Shown: positions 24,031 through 38,600 of the stretch, piece after piece
Layout: each line of letters opens with the position of its first letter
How positions within the stretch are numbered: the stretch's first letter is position 1
Assembly: GCA_964016885.1 (NCBI GenBank)
Contig: OZ024743.1
Coordinates: forward strand, 45,074,001 to 45,138,000
Reading direction: 5' to 3'
DNA length: 64,000 bases
Source of the DNA: Eledone cirrhosa
Taxonomy: Eukaryota
The notes under the pieces: model-generated
What the model was told of the DNA's origin: nothing
The model's input: the letters and a program-made list of their open reading frames with translations, nothing else
The model's database searches: none
Program-made: the position numbers and the translations under genes

Positions 24031-26879
24031 TCTTGAATCTCAGTCATTGATGTTGGTTAACTGGAAAGTCCGTTGGATTGAATATCAAGCCACTACCTGC
24101 AGCCTCAGATATTCAGGACGTATCGGAGGGTTCTTGCTGTTCCAAGCAAGCATGCCTTTTGAAGCGTTCCAAAAAGCGTGAAGGGGCCGTTTTTCTTTAA
24201 CCATCCCTGGAAACTTTTGGAGATAGTCCCCAGTGCGCCTATGACAATCGGGATCACTTTGACTTCATGGCAGTTCCAAATCCTTTTCACCTCCCACTTT
24301 AGGTCCTGGTATCGGTTAATTTTCTCCCTCTCCTTCTCTTGCACTCTCGTGTCGAACGGGCAGGCCACATCCACAATCAGACACGATCTTTTTTCTTTGT
24401 CCACAACCACCAGGTCAGGTCTATTGTGTTCCAGTTTTTTCTCCGTCTGTATCCTAAAATCACACAGCACCTTCACCTGATTGTTCTCCATCACCGCCTC
24501 TGGCCTATGCTCATACCATTTCTCAGAATGTGGTAAATTGTTTACTTTGCATAGGTGCCAGTGGATCACCCTGCCCATCACATCGTGTCTCCAGCCCTTA
24601 TAGTGGGTCTGGGCTAGGTGTTTACACTCGGACACAATGTGAGCCACAGTCTCCTCTCTCTCTCCACAGATCCTGCACAGTGGGCTAGCCTCCTCCTTGT
24701 AGATATGGTGCTTCAACCACTTCGTTTTGAGGGCCTGCTCCTGCGCAGCCATTAGCATTCCTTCTGTAGCCTTTTTGAGGTCTCCTCTTCTCAACCAGTT
24801 CCATGTCTGTGGATCTCTAAATTCAGTTTTCTCAAAGAAGGTACTATGAGGGGATTTTCCCTTAAGGCTGCTCTTCCTCCTTGATGTTATTTCCTCCTTG
24901 GACATCCCCTGGCCTACTGTCCCCTCCTTCAGTACAGTTCTGAGCATTGGCTCCTTACTATAGGTCACGTATTTGTATAGGTTGTTTTTCTCCATCTGAA
25001 CACAGTCCTCTATGTTGATAAGACCTCTTCCACCCTCAGATCTCCTTATGTAGAGTCTATCGACATCACTCCTCTTGTGGAACATGTTGTAGATAGTCAA
25101 TAGCTTCCTAGTCTTCCTATCCATTTCTTTTTGTTCAGCAACATTCCATCTCAGAATTCCCGCACTCTACCTAATAATAGACACAGCTCGGGAATTTACT
25201 GCGCTTATGGCATTTCTGCTGTTCAGATGTGACTTCAATACGCTCCTTACTCTCCGAATGTATTCAGTTCTTAACAATTCCTTCATTTTTTTGTTCTTTA
25301 TGCCATCAGCCTCCAGAACGCCCAGAGTGGGCAAATCGGAGTCAATTTCCTTTATCATCTCACCTGTTGGTATCTGGATCCCGTCACTTCTGCTCAACCT
25401 GCCCCTCTTCATCACAATGACTCCACATTTACCAATACCAAACTGCATACATATATCACTGCTGAAAATACGGACAGTGTCAACAAACACATCCAACTCC
25501 TTCTCACTTTTCCCGAAGAGCTTAAGATCGTCCATGAAGAGGAGGTGATTGATGGTAAGCTCTCCCCTTCCCAACTTGTATCCTGCTCTCACTTTTCGCA
25601 GCATAATGGTCAAGGGCATCAGGGCAAGGACAAACAACAGAGGGAACAGGCTATCTCCCTGGAAGATACCTCTCTTGATCTTCACGCTTCCCAAGGATAC
25701 ACCAGTTGATGTCAACTCTGTCTCCCAGGACCCCATACGCCTGCCTAGCAACTGTCTGATGTTATCTGCCACCCTGAATATCTCCAGGCTTTTGGTGATC
25801 CAGGAATGAGGCACCATGTCAAATGCCTTTCTGTAGTCTATCCATCCCATGGCAAGATCAGTGTGTCTCCTCCTGCAGTTCCCCATTACCATCTTATCAA
25901 TAAGCAACTGGTCCTTTGTACCACGTGACTTCTTTCGGCATCCTTTCTGTTCGTCCGGTAACAAGTTGTTTGTGTGGAGGTGATGGTAGATTTCCTCAGA
26001 CACAATGCTCGTCAACAGTTTCCACATTACGGACAGACATGTGATAGGTCTATAGTTGGTAACATCATTACCCTTGATTCGGTCTTTCATTATCAGAACT
26101 GTGGTACCTTTTGTCAACCACTCTGGCACCTCACCCGACACCAAGCAGTCATTGAACATGACCGTCAGCTTCGGGTGGAGGGATGTTAAATGTTTAATCC
26201 AATACCCCTGCACACCATCTGGGCCTGGTGATTTCCAGTTGGTTAGTTTTTTGGCCTGCCCCTTAAGAGTTTCAACTGTGATACTCAAATCAGTTTGTTG
26301 TTGTGCCTGCTCACCGATCTCCCTCTGTACTGTCTCAATCCACCCTGCCTGGGCATTGTGTCTAACATCCTGCTCCCATATTCCTCTCCAGAATGTTTTA
26401 GTTTGCTCCGCCCCAGGGATCAAGTCGTTGCCTCTTTCTTTCCCCTCAAGCTGTCCAAACAGCATCTTCTGGTTGTTGTCGAACATGCGGTTCTGTTTAT
26501 ACTGACTGACTCTGTTCTCGTATCGCCTGATTTTTGCACTCTTTGCTACAATGCGTTGCTTCAGTTCCTCTATGATAATATTTAGCTTTTTCCTCCTAGT
26601 TTTGTATTTTATTTCCAGTCTATTTTTAGTGCCTATGTTTTTTAGTGTCCCATTCAGTAGTGACTCAAGCTTTCCTATGTCATTTCTCATTTCCCCGATT
26701 TGCCCACTCAGTCGCTTCTTCCACCAAGGCTCTGCTCTTTCTTGTCTGTTGTTTCCTCTCGCTTTTATACCAAGTAGTTTCCTCACCGTATTTGCTGTTG
26801 CTTTGAGGATATTGTTGCACTGGTGAAGGCTCCTCGCCTCAAGGTATGGGATGACTTTGTTTACCTTAGCTGTTGTTTC

Positions 26880-26880
<1 letters not shown>
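24031..26880 (-). mobile_element. Dong family B copy B4, 5'-truncated
   Basis: ORFs 25167-26786 and 24105-25124 separated by one stop; (TTA)n on both sides. Confidence 0.92.
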
Positions 26881-26931
<51 letters not shown>

Positions 26932-26932
<1 letters not shown>

Positions 26933-29900
26933 TCTTTGAGTCTCTGTCATTGATGTTAGATAACTGGAAAGTTTGTTGAAATGAATATCAAGCCACTACC
27001 TGCAGCCTCAGATATTCAGGACGTATCGGAGGGTTCTTGCTGTTCCCAGCAGGCATGCCTTTTGAAGCGTTCCAAAAAGCGTGTAGGGGCCGATTTTCTT
27101 TAACCATCCCTGAAAACTTTTTGAGATAGTCCCTAGTGCGCCTATGACAATCGGGGTCACTTTGACTTCATGGCAGTTCCAAATCCTTTTTACCTCCCAC
27201 TTTAAGTCCTGGTATCGGTTAATTTTCTCCCTCTCCTTCTCTTGCACTCTCGTGTCGAATGGGCAGGCCACATCCACAGTCAGGCACGATTTTTTTCTTT
27301 GTTCACAACCACCAGGTCAGGTCTATTGTGTTCTAGTTTCTTGTCCGTCTGTATCCTAAAATCCCACAGCACCTTCACCTGATCGTTTTCTATCACCGAC
27401 TCTTCCTTATGCTCATACCACTTCTCAGAATATGGTAAATTGTTTACTTTGCATAGATGCCAGTGGATCACCCTGCCCATCACATCATGTGTCAACCGTT
27501 ATAGTGAGTCTGGGCTAGGTGTTTACACTCGGATACAATGTGAGCCACAGTCTCCTCTCTCTCTCTCCACAGATCCTGCACAGTGGGCTAGTCTCCTCCT
27601 TGTAAATATGGTGTTTCAACCACTTCGTTTTCAGGGCCTGCTCCTGCGCAGCCATTAACATTCCTTCTGTAGCCTTTTTAAGGTCTCCTCTTTTCAACCA
27701 GTTCCATGTCTGTGGATCTCTAAATTCAGTTTTCTCAAAGAAGGTACTATGAAGGGATTTTTCCTGAAGGCTGCTCTTTCTCCTTGGTGTTATTTCCTCC
27801 TTGGACATCCCCCGGCCTATTGTCCCCTCCTTCAGTACAGTTCTGAGCATTGGCTCCTTACTATCAGTCACGTATCTGTGTAGGTTGTTTTTCCCCATCT
27901 GAACACAGTCCTCTATGCTGATAAGACCTCTTCCACCTTCAGATCTCCTTAAGTAGAGTCTATCGACATCACTTTTTTTGTGGAACATGTTGTAGATAGT
28001 CAATAGCTTCCTAGTCTTCCTATACATTTCTTTTTGTTCAGCAACATTCCATCTCAGAATTCCCGCACTGTACCTAATAATAGACACAGCTCGGAAATTT
28101 ACTGCACTTATGGCATTCCTACTGTTCAGATGTGACTTTAATACGCTCCCTACTCTCCGAATGTATTCAGTTCTTATCAATTCCTTCATTTTTTTGTTCT
28201 TGATGTCATCAGCCTCCAGAACACCCAAATACTTGTATCCTTCTTCAGAGTCAATTTCCTTTATCATCTCACCTGTTGGTACCTAGATTCCGTTGATTCT
28301 GCTCAACTACCCCTCTTTATCACAATGACTCCACACTTACTAATACCAAATTGCATACATATATCATTGCTGAAAATATGGACAGTGTCAACAAGCACAT
28401 CCAACTCCTTCTCACTTTTCCCGAAGAGCTTAAGATCGTCCATGAAGAGGAGGTGAGTGATGGTAAGCCCTCCCTTTCCCAACCTGTATCCTGCTCTCAC
28501 TTTTCGCAGTACACTGGTCAGGGGCATCAGGGCAAGGACAAACAGCAGAGAGGACAGACTATCGCCCTGGAAGATGCCTCTCTCGATCTTCACGCCTTCC
28601 AAGGATTCTCCAGCTGATGTTAACTCTGTTTCCCAGGACTCATGCTTTTGCCCAACAACTGTCTGATGTTATCTGCCACCTTGAAGATCTCCAGGCTTTT
28701 GGTGATCCAAGAATGAGGCACCATGTCAAATGCCTTTTTCTAGTCTATCCATCCCATGGCAAGACCAGTGTGTCTCCTCTTGTAATTCCTCATTACTATC
28801 TTATCAATAAGTAACTGGTCCTTTGTACCACGTGACTTCTTTCGGTATCCTTTCTGTTCGTCCGGTAACAAGTTGTTTGTGTGGAGGTGATGGTAGATTT
28901 CCTCAGACATAATGCTTGTCAACAGTTTCCACATTACGGACAGACATGTGATAGGTCTATAGTTGGTAACATCATTACCCTTGATTCGGTCTTTCATTAT
29001 CAGAACTGTGGTACCTTTTGTCACACTTTGGTACCTCACCTGACATCAAGCAGTCATTGAACATGGTTGTCAGTTTCGGGTGGAGGGATGTTATATTTTT
29101 AATCCAATACCCCTGCACACCATCTGGGCCTGGTGATTTCCAGTTGGTTAGTTTTTTGGCCTGCCCCTTAAGAGTTTCAACTGTGATACTGAAATTAGTT
29201 TGTTGGTGTGCCTGTTCACTAAACTCCTTCTGTACTGTCTCAATCCAAACTGCCTGGTCATTATGTTTAACATCCTCCTCCCATATTCCTCTCCAGAATG
29301 TTTTAGTTTGTTCCGCCTCAGGGATCAAGTCGTTGCCTCTTTCTTTCCCTTCAAGCGGTCCAAACAGCATCTTCTGGTTGTTGTCGAACATGCGGTTCTG
29401 CCTATACTGACTGACTCTGTTCTCGTATCGCCTGATTTTTGCACTCTTTGCTACAATGCGTTGCTTCAGTTCCTCTATGATAATAATTAGCTTTTTCCTC
29501 ATACTTTTGTACTTTATTTCCAGTCTATTTTTAGTGTCTATGTTTTTTTGTGTCCCATTCAGTAGGGACTCAAGCTTTCCAAAGTCATTTCTTATTTCCC
29601 TGATTTGACCACTCAGTTGTTTCTTCCACCAAGGCTCTGCTCTTTCTTGTCTGTTGTTTCCTCTCGCTTTTATACCAAGTAGTTTCCTCACCGTATTTGA
29701 TGTTGCTTTGAGGATATTGTTGCACTGGTGAAGGCTCCTCGCCTCAAGGTATGGGATGACTTTGTTTACCTTAGCTGTTGTTTCTGTTAACTCTTTCCTG
29801 TCTACAAATCTTAGGTTCATAGGTCTCCCACTATCATTGTTCAATTCATCTACCACTAAGTTTAAGATATCAACCAAATCTTGTCCTAGCCCGTCAGCAT

Positions 29901-31345
29901 TCATCTCCTCAGTGGCCGTATCTCTGTTCCAGGTATTATTTATCTCAATATTCAGATCATTGTCTGCTTCGGGTGGTTCCTCCGTTCTCTCGACCTCTTC
30001 ACCTTCATTTCCCTCTGGCTTGCTTGCCTGGCATACTCCACTCTCCATCTCCAAGCTAATCTCTCTGCTCAGTTCCTCCAGTTCCAGCTCGCTTATCCAC
30101 CCATTAGTTCTTATTACCCGAGCGTGCCCGGCCAATTTTTGTTCATCTAATTTATATAGACCAATCTCGTTCCAGATGTTATGCATCCGTTTCCTATAGC
30201 CTTTCTCCTTGGTGTTACTCTTCAGGTAATATTGCATAACAGTTCTATTCAATTCTTTCGTCCAGTTGGTTCTGGTCCCCTTCCTTCTTCTTCTTCCTCC
30301 GACACCAGCAGTATTTGGTTAACAGCCAGGTCCCTGCTGCTGAGCCAGGGAGCCCATGTTGGGTGAGAGTCTGTCACATGACATTCCAGTCTCCATTTCA
30401 CCGTTATTCGAACTGTTTATGTTCGACATTTAAACACTCTTATCGAGGATTGGCGAATGTATGGTTACATAACCACCAGTGAATTCATCACCTCCGGTGA
30501 TTTCGTTACTCCACGTGATTTTTGTGTGGCATTATCACGCTGTAGACGAACATAAATAAACAAACAAACAAACAGGCAAAAAAAATCCAAAAATGAATAA
30601 GCATAAGTTTCATTGTAATGTAATGTTTGAATGTCTGACTTAGTTTTCCGCTTCCCTTCTCTGTCCGTCTGTTTGTTTTCCTCTTCATTTTTCTTTCTTT
30701 GCGTTTTTCGTTGTTGCTGTGCTGCTTTGATTTTGATTTTTGATTTTTGATTTTGACCGGTTCATCAATTCAGTTTATTTATATATTTTGATGCCTTCCT
30801 CTTTTACTGGGGGCACTACGATGTAGTAGGGGGTAGCGGGAGAGAATAGCGGCGGTAGTGGTAATGAGGCAGTGGTGGTGGTGGTGGTGGTGGCGGTGCT
30901 GTGCTAGCAGCAACTAGCGGCGGTAGTGATAATGAGGCAGTAGTGGTGGTGGTTGTGGTGGTGGTGGTGGTGGTGGTGGTGGTGGTGGTGATGGTGGTGG
31001 TGGTGGTGGCGGTGTGTGCTAGCAGCAACTAGCGGCGGTAGTGATAATGAGGCAGTGGTGGTGGTGGTGGTGGCGGTGCTGTTCTAGCAGCAACTAGCAG
31101 TAGATAGTGGGAGAGAATAGCGGCGGTAGCGATAATGAGGCAGTGGTGGTGGTGATGTGATCGTAGTACTGTAGTGATGGTGTTGAAGTTGGAGTAAAAA
31201 TAGCGGTTGAGTCGACTTGACCAGAGTTTTCATCGTGGTAGTGGTGGTGGTGTTGGTGGTGAAATTATCTTTAGTTATTTAGTCATTTTGTCATTTTTCT
31301 CCTTTTCGACTCTAACATTCCTGATCCAAAATTAAATATTAATCT
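26932..31345 (-). mobile_element. Dong family B copy B5, near full length, frameshifted
   Basis: ORF pieces from 27008 to 30252; 5' UTR collinear with B2 to about 31345, with expanded (GGT)n at 30870-31150. Confidence 0.9.
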
Positions 31346-31356
31346 TGTTTATTAGT

Positions 31357-32048
31357 ATTGTCTAGTGATACCGCCACCTTCCCCTTTCGTAAGTTAACAG
31401 AAGGTAATGGGGGTATAGCGGTGGTAGCAATGAAGGAGTGGTGGCGGCGGTGATGGGATAGTGGTAGTAATGATGGGTGGGCAGCGGCGGCGGTGACGGT
31501 GACTGTAGTGATGGCGTTGTCGTTACTGAGTTTTGTTGAATAGACTGTATTTTTGTTTGATCGGTGAATCTATGGGGTTAGTCGCGTATATGTGTTGACA
31601 TATTCCCTTAATATTAGAATTAAACATTTTGTTAAAACTTGAGACAATAATAATAGTAATTATTATTATTATGCTGAGATTGGTGGTGGTGGTGGTGAAA
31701 TTGGCTGTTGTATTTAGTGTACACAGAGGGGTGATGGGTAGGTGGTGTATCTAGTTTCTGGTGTTGGTGAAATTGCTGTTATTTGGCTGTTCTATATAGT
31801 GTAGACAGGGGGGGGGTTCTTCCATATATAACCATTTTCTTTTTTGAATATAAAATGTATAATACAAAATTGAATATTTGAGCGATATAACAATATATTA
31901 TGAATCCGAATTTTCTGAGACTTAAGCCGGATGCTTTATGTATCATTTGTAATAAGAATTGTTATTTCACAATTGATTTAAATATGTTAAAAATCATACT
32001 TACGGGAGCGATTTCACGACCTTCTATCCACCATGTGCGTCTTCTTCC
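31357..32048 (-). mobile_element. Dong family A 5' UTR segment fused to B5
   Basis: Collinear with 3662-4370 (tctagtgataccgccaccttcccc ... ttctatccacca). Confidence 0.85.
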
Positions 32049-32049
32049 C

Positions 32050-32318
<269 letters not shown>

Positions 32319-32708
32319 CATCAAAGTCAATGAATTTATCGTTCCAATATTACTTCCTTTTAGCTACTTAGTTTATTGAAGTGATGTCTAGACAAAGCAA
32401 GGCAACTTTAATATCTCTGCCTCAAGCCTGAGGCGGAGAGAATTTTCAAATTTACTGGTATAGTTCTTCTTCAAACGTAGAATACCTCCTTTCCAAGTAT
32501 CACACCAAATTGACTCGCCACAGACAATTTGCAATCTATTTATTTTATTAAGTCTAGTTTGATGAGTTTTAAAATTATGAAAAGTTTTATAAAACCCTTC
32601 TTAACATTGCTAAACTGTTTAAATATATAACGAACATTAGAGTATATCTTACTTCATTGCTTTCTTATTTTCCTCAGTGAAACACATACATACATGCATG
32701 TATATACA

Positions 32709-32755
<47 letters not shown>

Positions 32756-32879
32756 GAAATACTATATATATATATATATTATATATATTATGAAATACTG
32801 TTGGCTTCACGCTCACAATAATTTCTATACTTTCATTTATATATATATATATACCTATATATATATACATATATATACA

Positions 32880-32921
<42 letters not shown>

Positions 32922-33061
32922 TACACCTATATATATATATACATATATACATCTACATATATATATATACATATATACACCTAGAGGTTTTGAGTACTCT
33001 GTGTTGTGGATAGTTGAGGATATGTATGTAAATATATATATATACACATATATATATATAT

Positions 33062-34230
33062 ATATTTATTAAAATAACAGATTAAAGTTTAAGCAAAGAA
33101 TCGCTGTTTTCACCCTTAACGGGATCTTCTGAAACTAACAAAGTCAATCTGTAAACGCAGAAGTGGATATTTTAAAAAAACGTTGCAACCGGAGGAAGAC
33201 AGGAAGACGATACTTTGGTTGGTGGAAACGTTCCCTTCACAAACCATACAGGTAATATATACTTACCTATGCAAATAAGTAATGGTATAAACATAACATA
33301 TACTTAGCTACCACATCAAGACGTAAAATATCCACGTATAGATCGTACTATCCGTTAGGGTATAATGTGGGGCTGTAATACAGGAAAGTGTTGTGCAATT
33401 GATGTTTACAAGCCGAAATTGCTTCATTTTTTTTGTTTAAGATGTGGTCTGTGGCGTAGAGTATTTCCAGGGCCTCAGCAGCACAGAAGTCACATGGTCT
33501 TTTATACGATCTAGCTCTAGCTAGGATCTCCCAGTGTAACTTATATTAGTTGTGGTTGTCAATATATAAGCTGAAAGTGACGTCATATTCCTTCTTAGAG
33601 GGTAACGAAAAGATTGGGTATGCATGTAAAGACGCTGGTTCAATCTATTGGTGGTTAACTGTATGTAGGCCCTAAGGGACGTGGGTGTTTCAACCTTACA
33701 TTTGTAGACAATGTTACATAGAGAGGCATTTCCCGGATAGGGGTCAATCAACCCGATTGCTACAATTACAGTTAGTACTAACTACAGAGTTGCACATGTT
33801 CTTATGGCTACGTAGTTTAGCTAAATTTGAAGCTGCGATGTTATGTGCAAGGTTAGGAGTTGTAGAGTAAGAAATTTTAATAGTATTTCTATTAAAAATG
33901 TTACTATATTTATGTGTAGGGGGAAAATGCTTCGTAATAAGGGATAGAAAGATCTTAGCTAATGGTGTGGCCACCTCCATATTATATGGTGGGTTATACC
34001 ATATAATGCGACGGGATCTATTTCTTCTAGGTCTATTGTCGTACTCTGTATATGCTACCTTATCGACAAATATCACTCCGAGCACGAGCTTCATTGTAAT
34101 AAGTGGAATGGTCGTTGAAAATATGCTCGTTAGTAGATAGACGGGAAAGCCTCAACGAAACGTTTCTTCCCAGGTTCTTGGTTATGCTGGCAGAATGGTT
34201 AGAATGCTTACTTATGTAATTAAGCGTATC
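33062..34230 (-). mobile_element. Naiad-type Penelope-like element, 3' fragment with internally deleted 3' UTR
   Basis: IIWYNPPY, CNC-x5 linker and VYKCKVE..AYI GIY-YIG remnant; same family as 41452-44204. Confidence 0.85.
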
Positions 34231-34944
34231 ATATATATATATATATGTAACCAAATATATATATATTGGTAACCAAGAGTTTATATGGTTCATTGATTAT
34301 TCAACGTATTCATTTTTACAACAGATTAGAAGCATTCGACAGGAATTTAACTGGAGTATTACACTCATCAGGGGAGTGTAATTCTTCAAGACCTAAGAGA
34401 AATTGAACAAGCTATAATACATACTGTTTCCTTTGCCGAGGCAGCATGGTCGGATAAAAACACGCATTGTGTTTCGTTATCAAAATCTCCTAGGGTATTA
34501 GAACTAATTGATAGGCTTATAATGTCGGTAGAAATAGCAGCCTAAAGACCGTCTGGTACAGCTTGACAAATTAAGAAGCAGTTTGATATTAATTAAAGGT
34601 TAATTAGTCTCTAATACTTAAAGATCTAAATGAGAGAACTCTCTCAGAGAAGCAATATTATATATTAAAATTAAATTTATAAATATGCATGTTTTAAAAC
34701 CTTATACAAGCTAATGGTAAATTTGCACTTGAAATTGTAACTGCTAAATTGCTCCATATTTGAATCCTTTCTTTTTCTTAATATTTGCCTTATGATATTA
34801 ATTTATTGTTATTTCGTTCTATATAATTCCTTAAGAGACTTGTGAACTGGTAATTACCAGTTTCTCATCAAATGGATGACATATTCTATCCGCGTTGAGA
34901 CGTTCGTAAAAATGTATACATAAATAATAATATCCTATCCTTGG

Positions 34945-35280
34945 TGTTGTATGGACTGGGAATCGAACTCACAACCTCATTGTTGTATGGACTGTTGAAT
35001 TCGTTTTATTCAATTTACACGTACTCACACATGTGCATTGAATCACGTGACCTGGGCAGTCAGTCAGCGTTGGTATTAAAAACTCGGTCACACACTGCTT
35101 GACTTACTTTATGTTATTCTGCTATTCAGTGTGTGACCGAGTTTTTAATACCAACGCTGACTGACTGCCCAGGTCACGTGATTCATATCCAAATGTGTGA
35201 GCACGTGTAAATTGAATAAAACGAATTCAACAGTCCATACAACAATGAGGTTGTGAGTTCGATTCCCAGTCAATACAACA
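34945..35280 (-). repeat. Palindromic 336-bp element at the 3' LTR position of the Gypsy element (TG...CA)
   Basis: Arms 34945-35097 and 35127-35280 are reverse complements; begins TGTTGTAT, ends ATACAACA; polypurine tract GGTGGGGAGG (minus strand, 35281-35290) directly adjacent. Confidence 0.8.
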
Positions 35281-35314
35281 CCTCCCCACCGAAATTGATG
35301 CGACAAAAGAAGCA

Positions 35315-38300
35315 TCAATAGCAAAGTCTCTCTGGGGGTTTACGAGTTCTCTTGGACCGTTTTCGATTGTCTGGTCCATACTCTGGAACGGGCAATAAGG
35401 TCTTGGGTCTGGTCTGTCTTGGAGTTAGAGGCACGATTTCCGAGATCTCCATCGGGTGATCTGTTGCAAATTCAAAAACAGTGTCTACTGCATCACCAGG
35501 TTCATTGTCTTCCTCAGTAGTGTACCGCGGTTGCAGCTGTTCCCAGTGTCGTCTCCACACCGGGCCATGAGGCATGACCTTAACGTTGAAGCAGCGAGTA
35601 CCCAATGACTTCTTAATGATTGCTGGTACCCATCGGGGATCTTTGTCTCAGCGAGGTCTGTAGTACAGTGCATATACAGGATCTCCAGCCTTGTACTGCC
35701 TGGTAACCTTAGCGACACCTGCCGAGTCCGGAGTCATCTGAGACTTATATGCTTCCTTAGACTGCTTGCCTTGAGCGATGTGTGCTGGCGAGGGCAGCAG
35801 AGAATCAATCCTTGCTGGTGATTCAAAAGTTCACTCGGAGAGAATCCACTGGATGTCGGTGTTCTCCGGTATTGCATCAAGAACTCTTGAAGTGCTCGCT
35901 TCGGCGGAAGAGAAGTCTTCCTCAGAGCTTGTTTGAAGGTCTGCACCAAATGTTCCGCTGCTCCGTTGGTAACTCGGTGGTAAGGTGCCCCTGTCAGGTG
36001 CGTGATCCCACGTTCTTTGCACCAGCTCTGGAACTCCTCAGAAATAAAAGTTGGTGCGTTATCGGTGACTAGCGTGTGAGGAAATCCGAAGTGCGCAAAG
36101 TCTTCTTCAAGCAGATCTAAAGTGGCTCTGGAGGACGTGGATGGCGTAGGATGAATGCAGGGATACTTGGAATAAGCATCCGTGATCACCAGCCAATTAC
36201 TGCCCATGAAATGCATTGCATGGTCCAGGTGTAAGCGGCTCCACGGCTTTTCAGGTAACATCCATGGGTGAACTGGATGGCTGGCTTTGATGTTCACCAC
36301 ACGAATCACATTGTCGACTGGTTTTCTCTATTGCAGCATCGATACCAGGCCAATAAACAGCGGTTCTTGCCAATTGTTTCATGCGCTCCATGCCAAAGTG
36401 TCCGAGATGCAGAAGATTGAGGATCTTTGGCTGTAAGCTATGTGGAATCACAACTCTCGATCCATGGATAAGGCATCCGTGGCAGATACTGAGTGAATCC
36501 GATAACTTCCGGAACTTATTGACTTCATCATTGATCTCAGTATTCTTTGGTGGCCAGCCTTCATGGACGTAGCGTATCACTGTAAATATCACTGGATCTT
36601 TCCCTGACTATTGACGGAGGACGTTAGCATCGATAGGTTGGACTTGAAGACTGAGAGCTTTGATGGCGCACACCATGTCCATGTCTTCACCATTTTCCTT
36701 CCTGTCAAAGTCGATGTCATTACCAAATGGCAAGCGACTGAGGGCATCTGCATTGCCATGATCCGCTGTTTTCCGATATTCGATGGTGTAGTCAAACTGG
36801 TTCAGCCACAGGGCCCATCGTGCTAGTTGGTTATCAGCGAGAAGTGGCGTCCCTTTCCTCGGACTGAACAGTGATGTCAGTGGCTTGTGGTCAGTTACGA
36901 GTATAAACTGATGTCCGTACAGATACTGATAGAACTTCTGCAAGCCAAATATGATGGCCAGGGCTTCCTTTTGAATTTGGCCGTAGTTACGCTGTGCAGA
37001 AGTAAGAGCCTTGGACACATTGGATATTGGGCGCTCGCTTCCATCAGGATAGCGATGAAACAGGACTGCTCCAATACCAACGTTTGACGCGTCGCAAGCC
37101 AGTCCCGAAGTTTTGTTTGGATCGATGTGTATCAGAACTCGATCCGATGAAAGCACATTTTTCAACTGATCGAAATCTGACTGTTCTTCATCTCCCCACT
37201 TCCAAGTAGTCATTTTTTTCGTAAGGCAATAGAGTGGCTCTGCCATGCTGGCCAGGTTTGGGATAAACTTTCCATAGAACTGAACTGAACCCAGGAAAGA
37301 CTTTAAGCTTGAGACGTTCGTTGGAGGTGGCATCTTTAAAACTGCTTCGACTTTGGATCCCTTCGCGATCCCTTCAGCCGACAAGGTGTGTCCAAGGTAT
37401 TCCACACTGGGTAGTGCAAACTGGCACTTGTCACGGCGACATCTGAGTCCATTGTCTCACAGACGTGTGAGCAGACACTTTAGGTTGTTCAGGTGATCGT
37501 TTGCATCTTTCCCACTGACGAACATGTCGTCCTGGAAGACGGCCACACCAGGTAGATCTTGAGTCAGGTTTTCCATGATCTCCTGAAAGTAACCAGGTGC
37601 TGACTTGATTACGAAAGGGAGTCGTTCCTGCAGGAGCACCCCACGGTGAGTGCTGAGTGCAAGCCTGCGTTGACTTTCTGGAGCCAGCTTGATCTGATTA
37701 TAGGCATCAGCAAGATCAATCTTTGTGTATCTGAATCCACCTCCGAGCTTCTGCATCAGTTCCTCTGGGAGTGGCATTGGATGACGATGATCTGCAAGTT
37801 GGTCATTAATTCCCACAGAGTAGTCACCACAAATCCGTAGTTTGGGCTTCAGATTGCCTGAAGTATGTGCTTTACGAATCGGTACCACTGGCGTTCCGTA
37901 TTCGTTGAACTGTACTGGCTTCCAGATTCCTTGGGCGATGCCTTCTTCGTAACCTTTGGCCAGGACATCACGAAGAGCAAACGGGACCGGGCGTGCCTTG
38001 TGAAAGACCGGTGTCGCGTCCGACTTGAACTTCACTTCCAGTTCGAAGTCATTAAGACATCCCAATTCTTGCTTGAAGAGATCTGGGAATTCATCACACA
38101 TGTTGTGACAATCTCGTTGCATGGAAATATAGGGCTCATTTGAGGTCTTTGGATGCATCACTTCTGCATCCTCACTCTTGGCCTGGCTGTCTATGCTTTT
38201 CAATCCTAGAGCATTGTCCATGGAAATTCCCAGAGTCTGGATAGCGTTTCGTCCCAGCAAATTAAGATCAGGGATCTTGGTGACGATGTAGGGTATTGAA

Positions 38301-38600
38301 TTCCGTTTACCGGTCGTTGGATCCTTGGTTTGGCCCATGAAAGTTCCCAGAACGGGCAGGTCGTGCTTGCTGGCAGATTCAAACCGATGTTTGACATCTT
38401 GCAGCTTCGGTTTTCCTAATTGTTTCCAAACTGACAAGGAAACAAAATTGCCTGTAGTAGCTGTGTCCAATTCCATTGTGAAAAGTCTGTTCTGGATTGT
38501 TATTGGTACATTCAAACTATGAGTATCGTGGGGAACTTCACCAAGGATCGCTTTGACTAGCTCAGCTTTCGTGATTCTTTTCACGTAATTCTGTGAGCGA
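35315..38600 (-). pseudogene. pol: Ty3/Gypsy pol (protease-RT-RNase H-integrase), decayed; gag and 5' LTR missing
   Basis: MELDTAT protease, FQDD RT, LACDAS and LVTDHKPL RNase H, H-H-C-C and VTDNA..NGAAE integrase in Gypsy domain order. Confidence 0.92.

Noticed and set aside
403-30199. Numerous antisense ORFs over the Dong and Tx1 elements
   Set aside because: Shadow ORFs of coding strands, repeated only because the elements are repeated.
34355-34385. CTGATGAG on the minus strand within an attacactc/gagtgtaat hairpin
   Set aside because: No correctly placed GAAA or stem III; not a supportable hammerhead.
35245-35272. tRNA gene (GTTCGATTCCC T-loop)
   Set aside because: No D-arm, anticodon arm or acceptor stem; only a B-box-like fragment in the palindrome.
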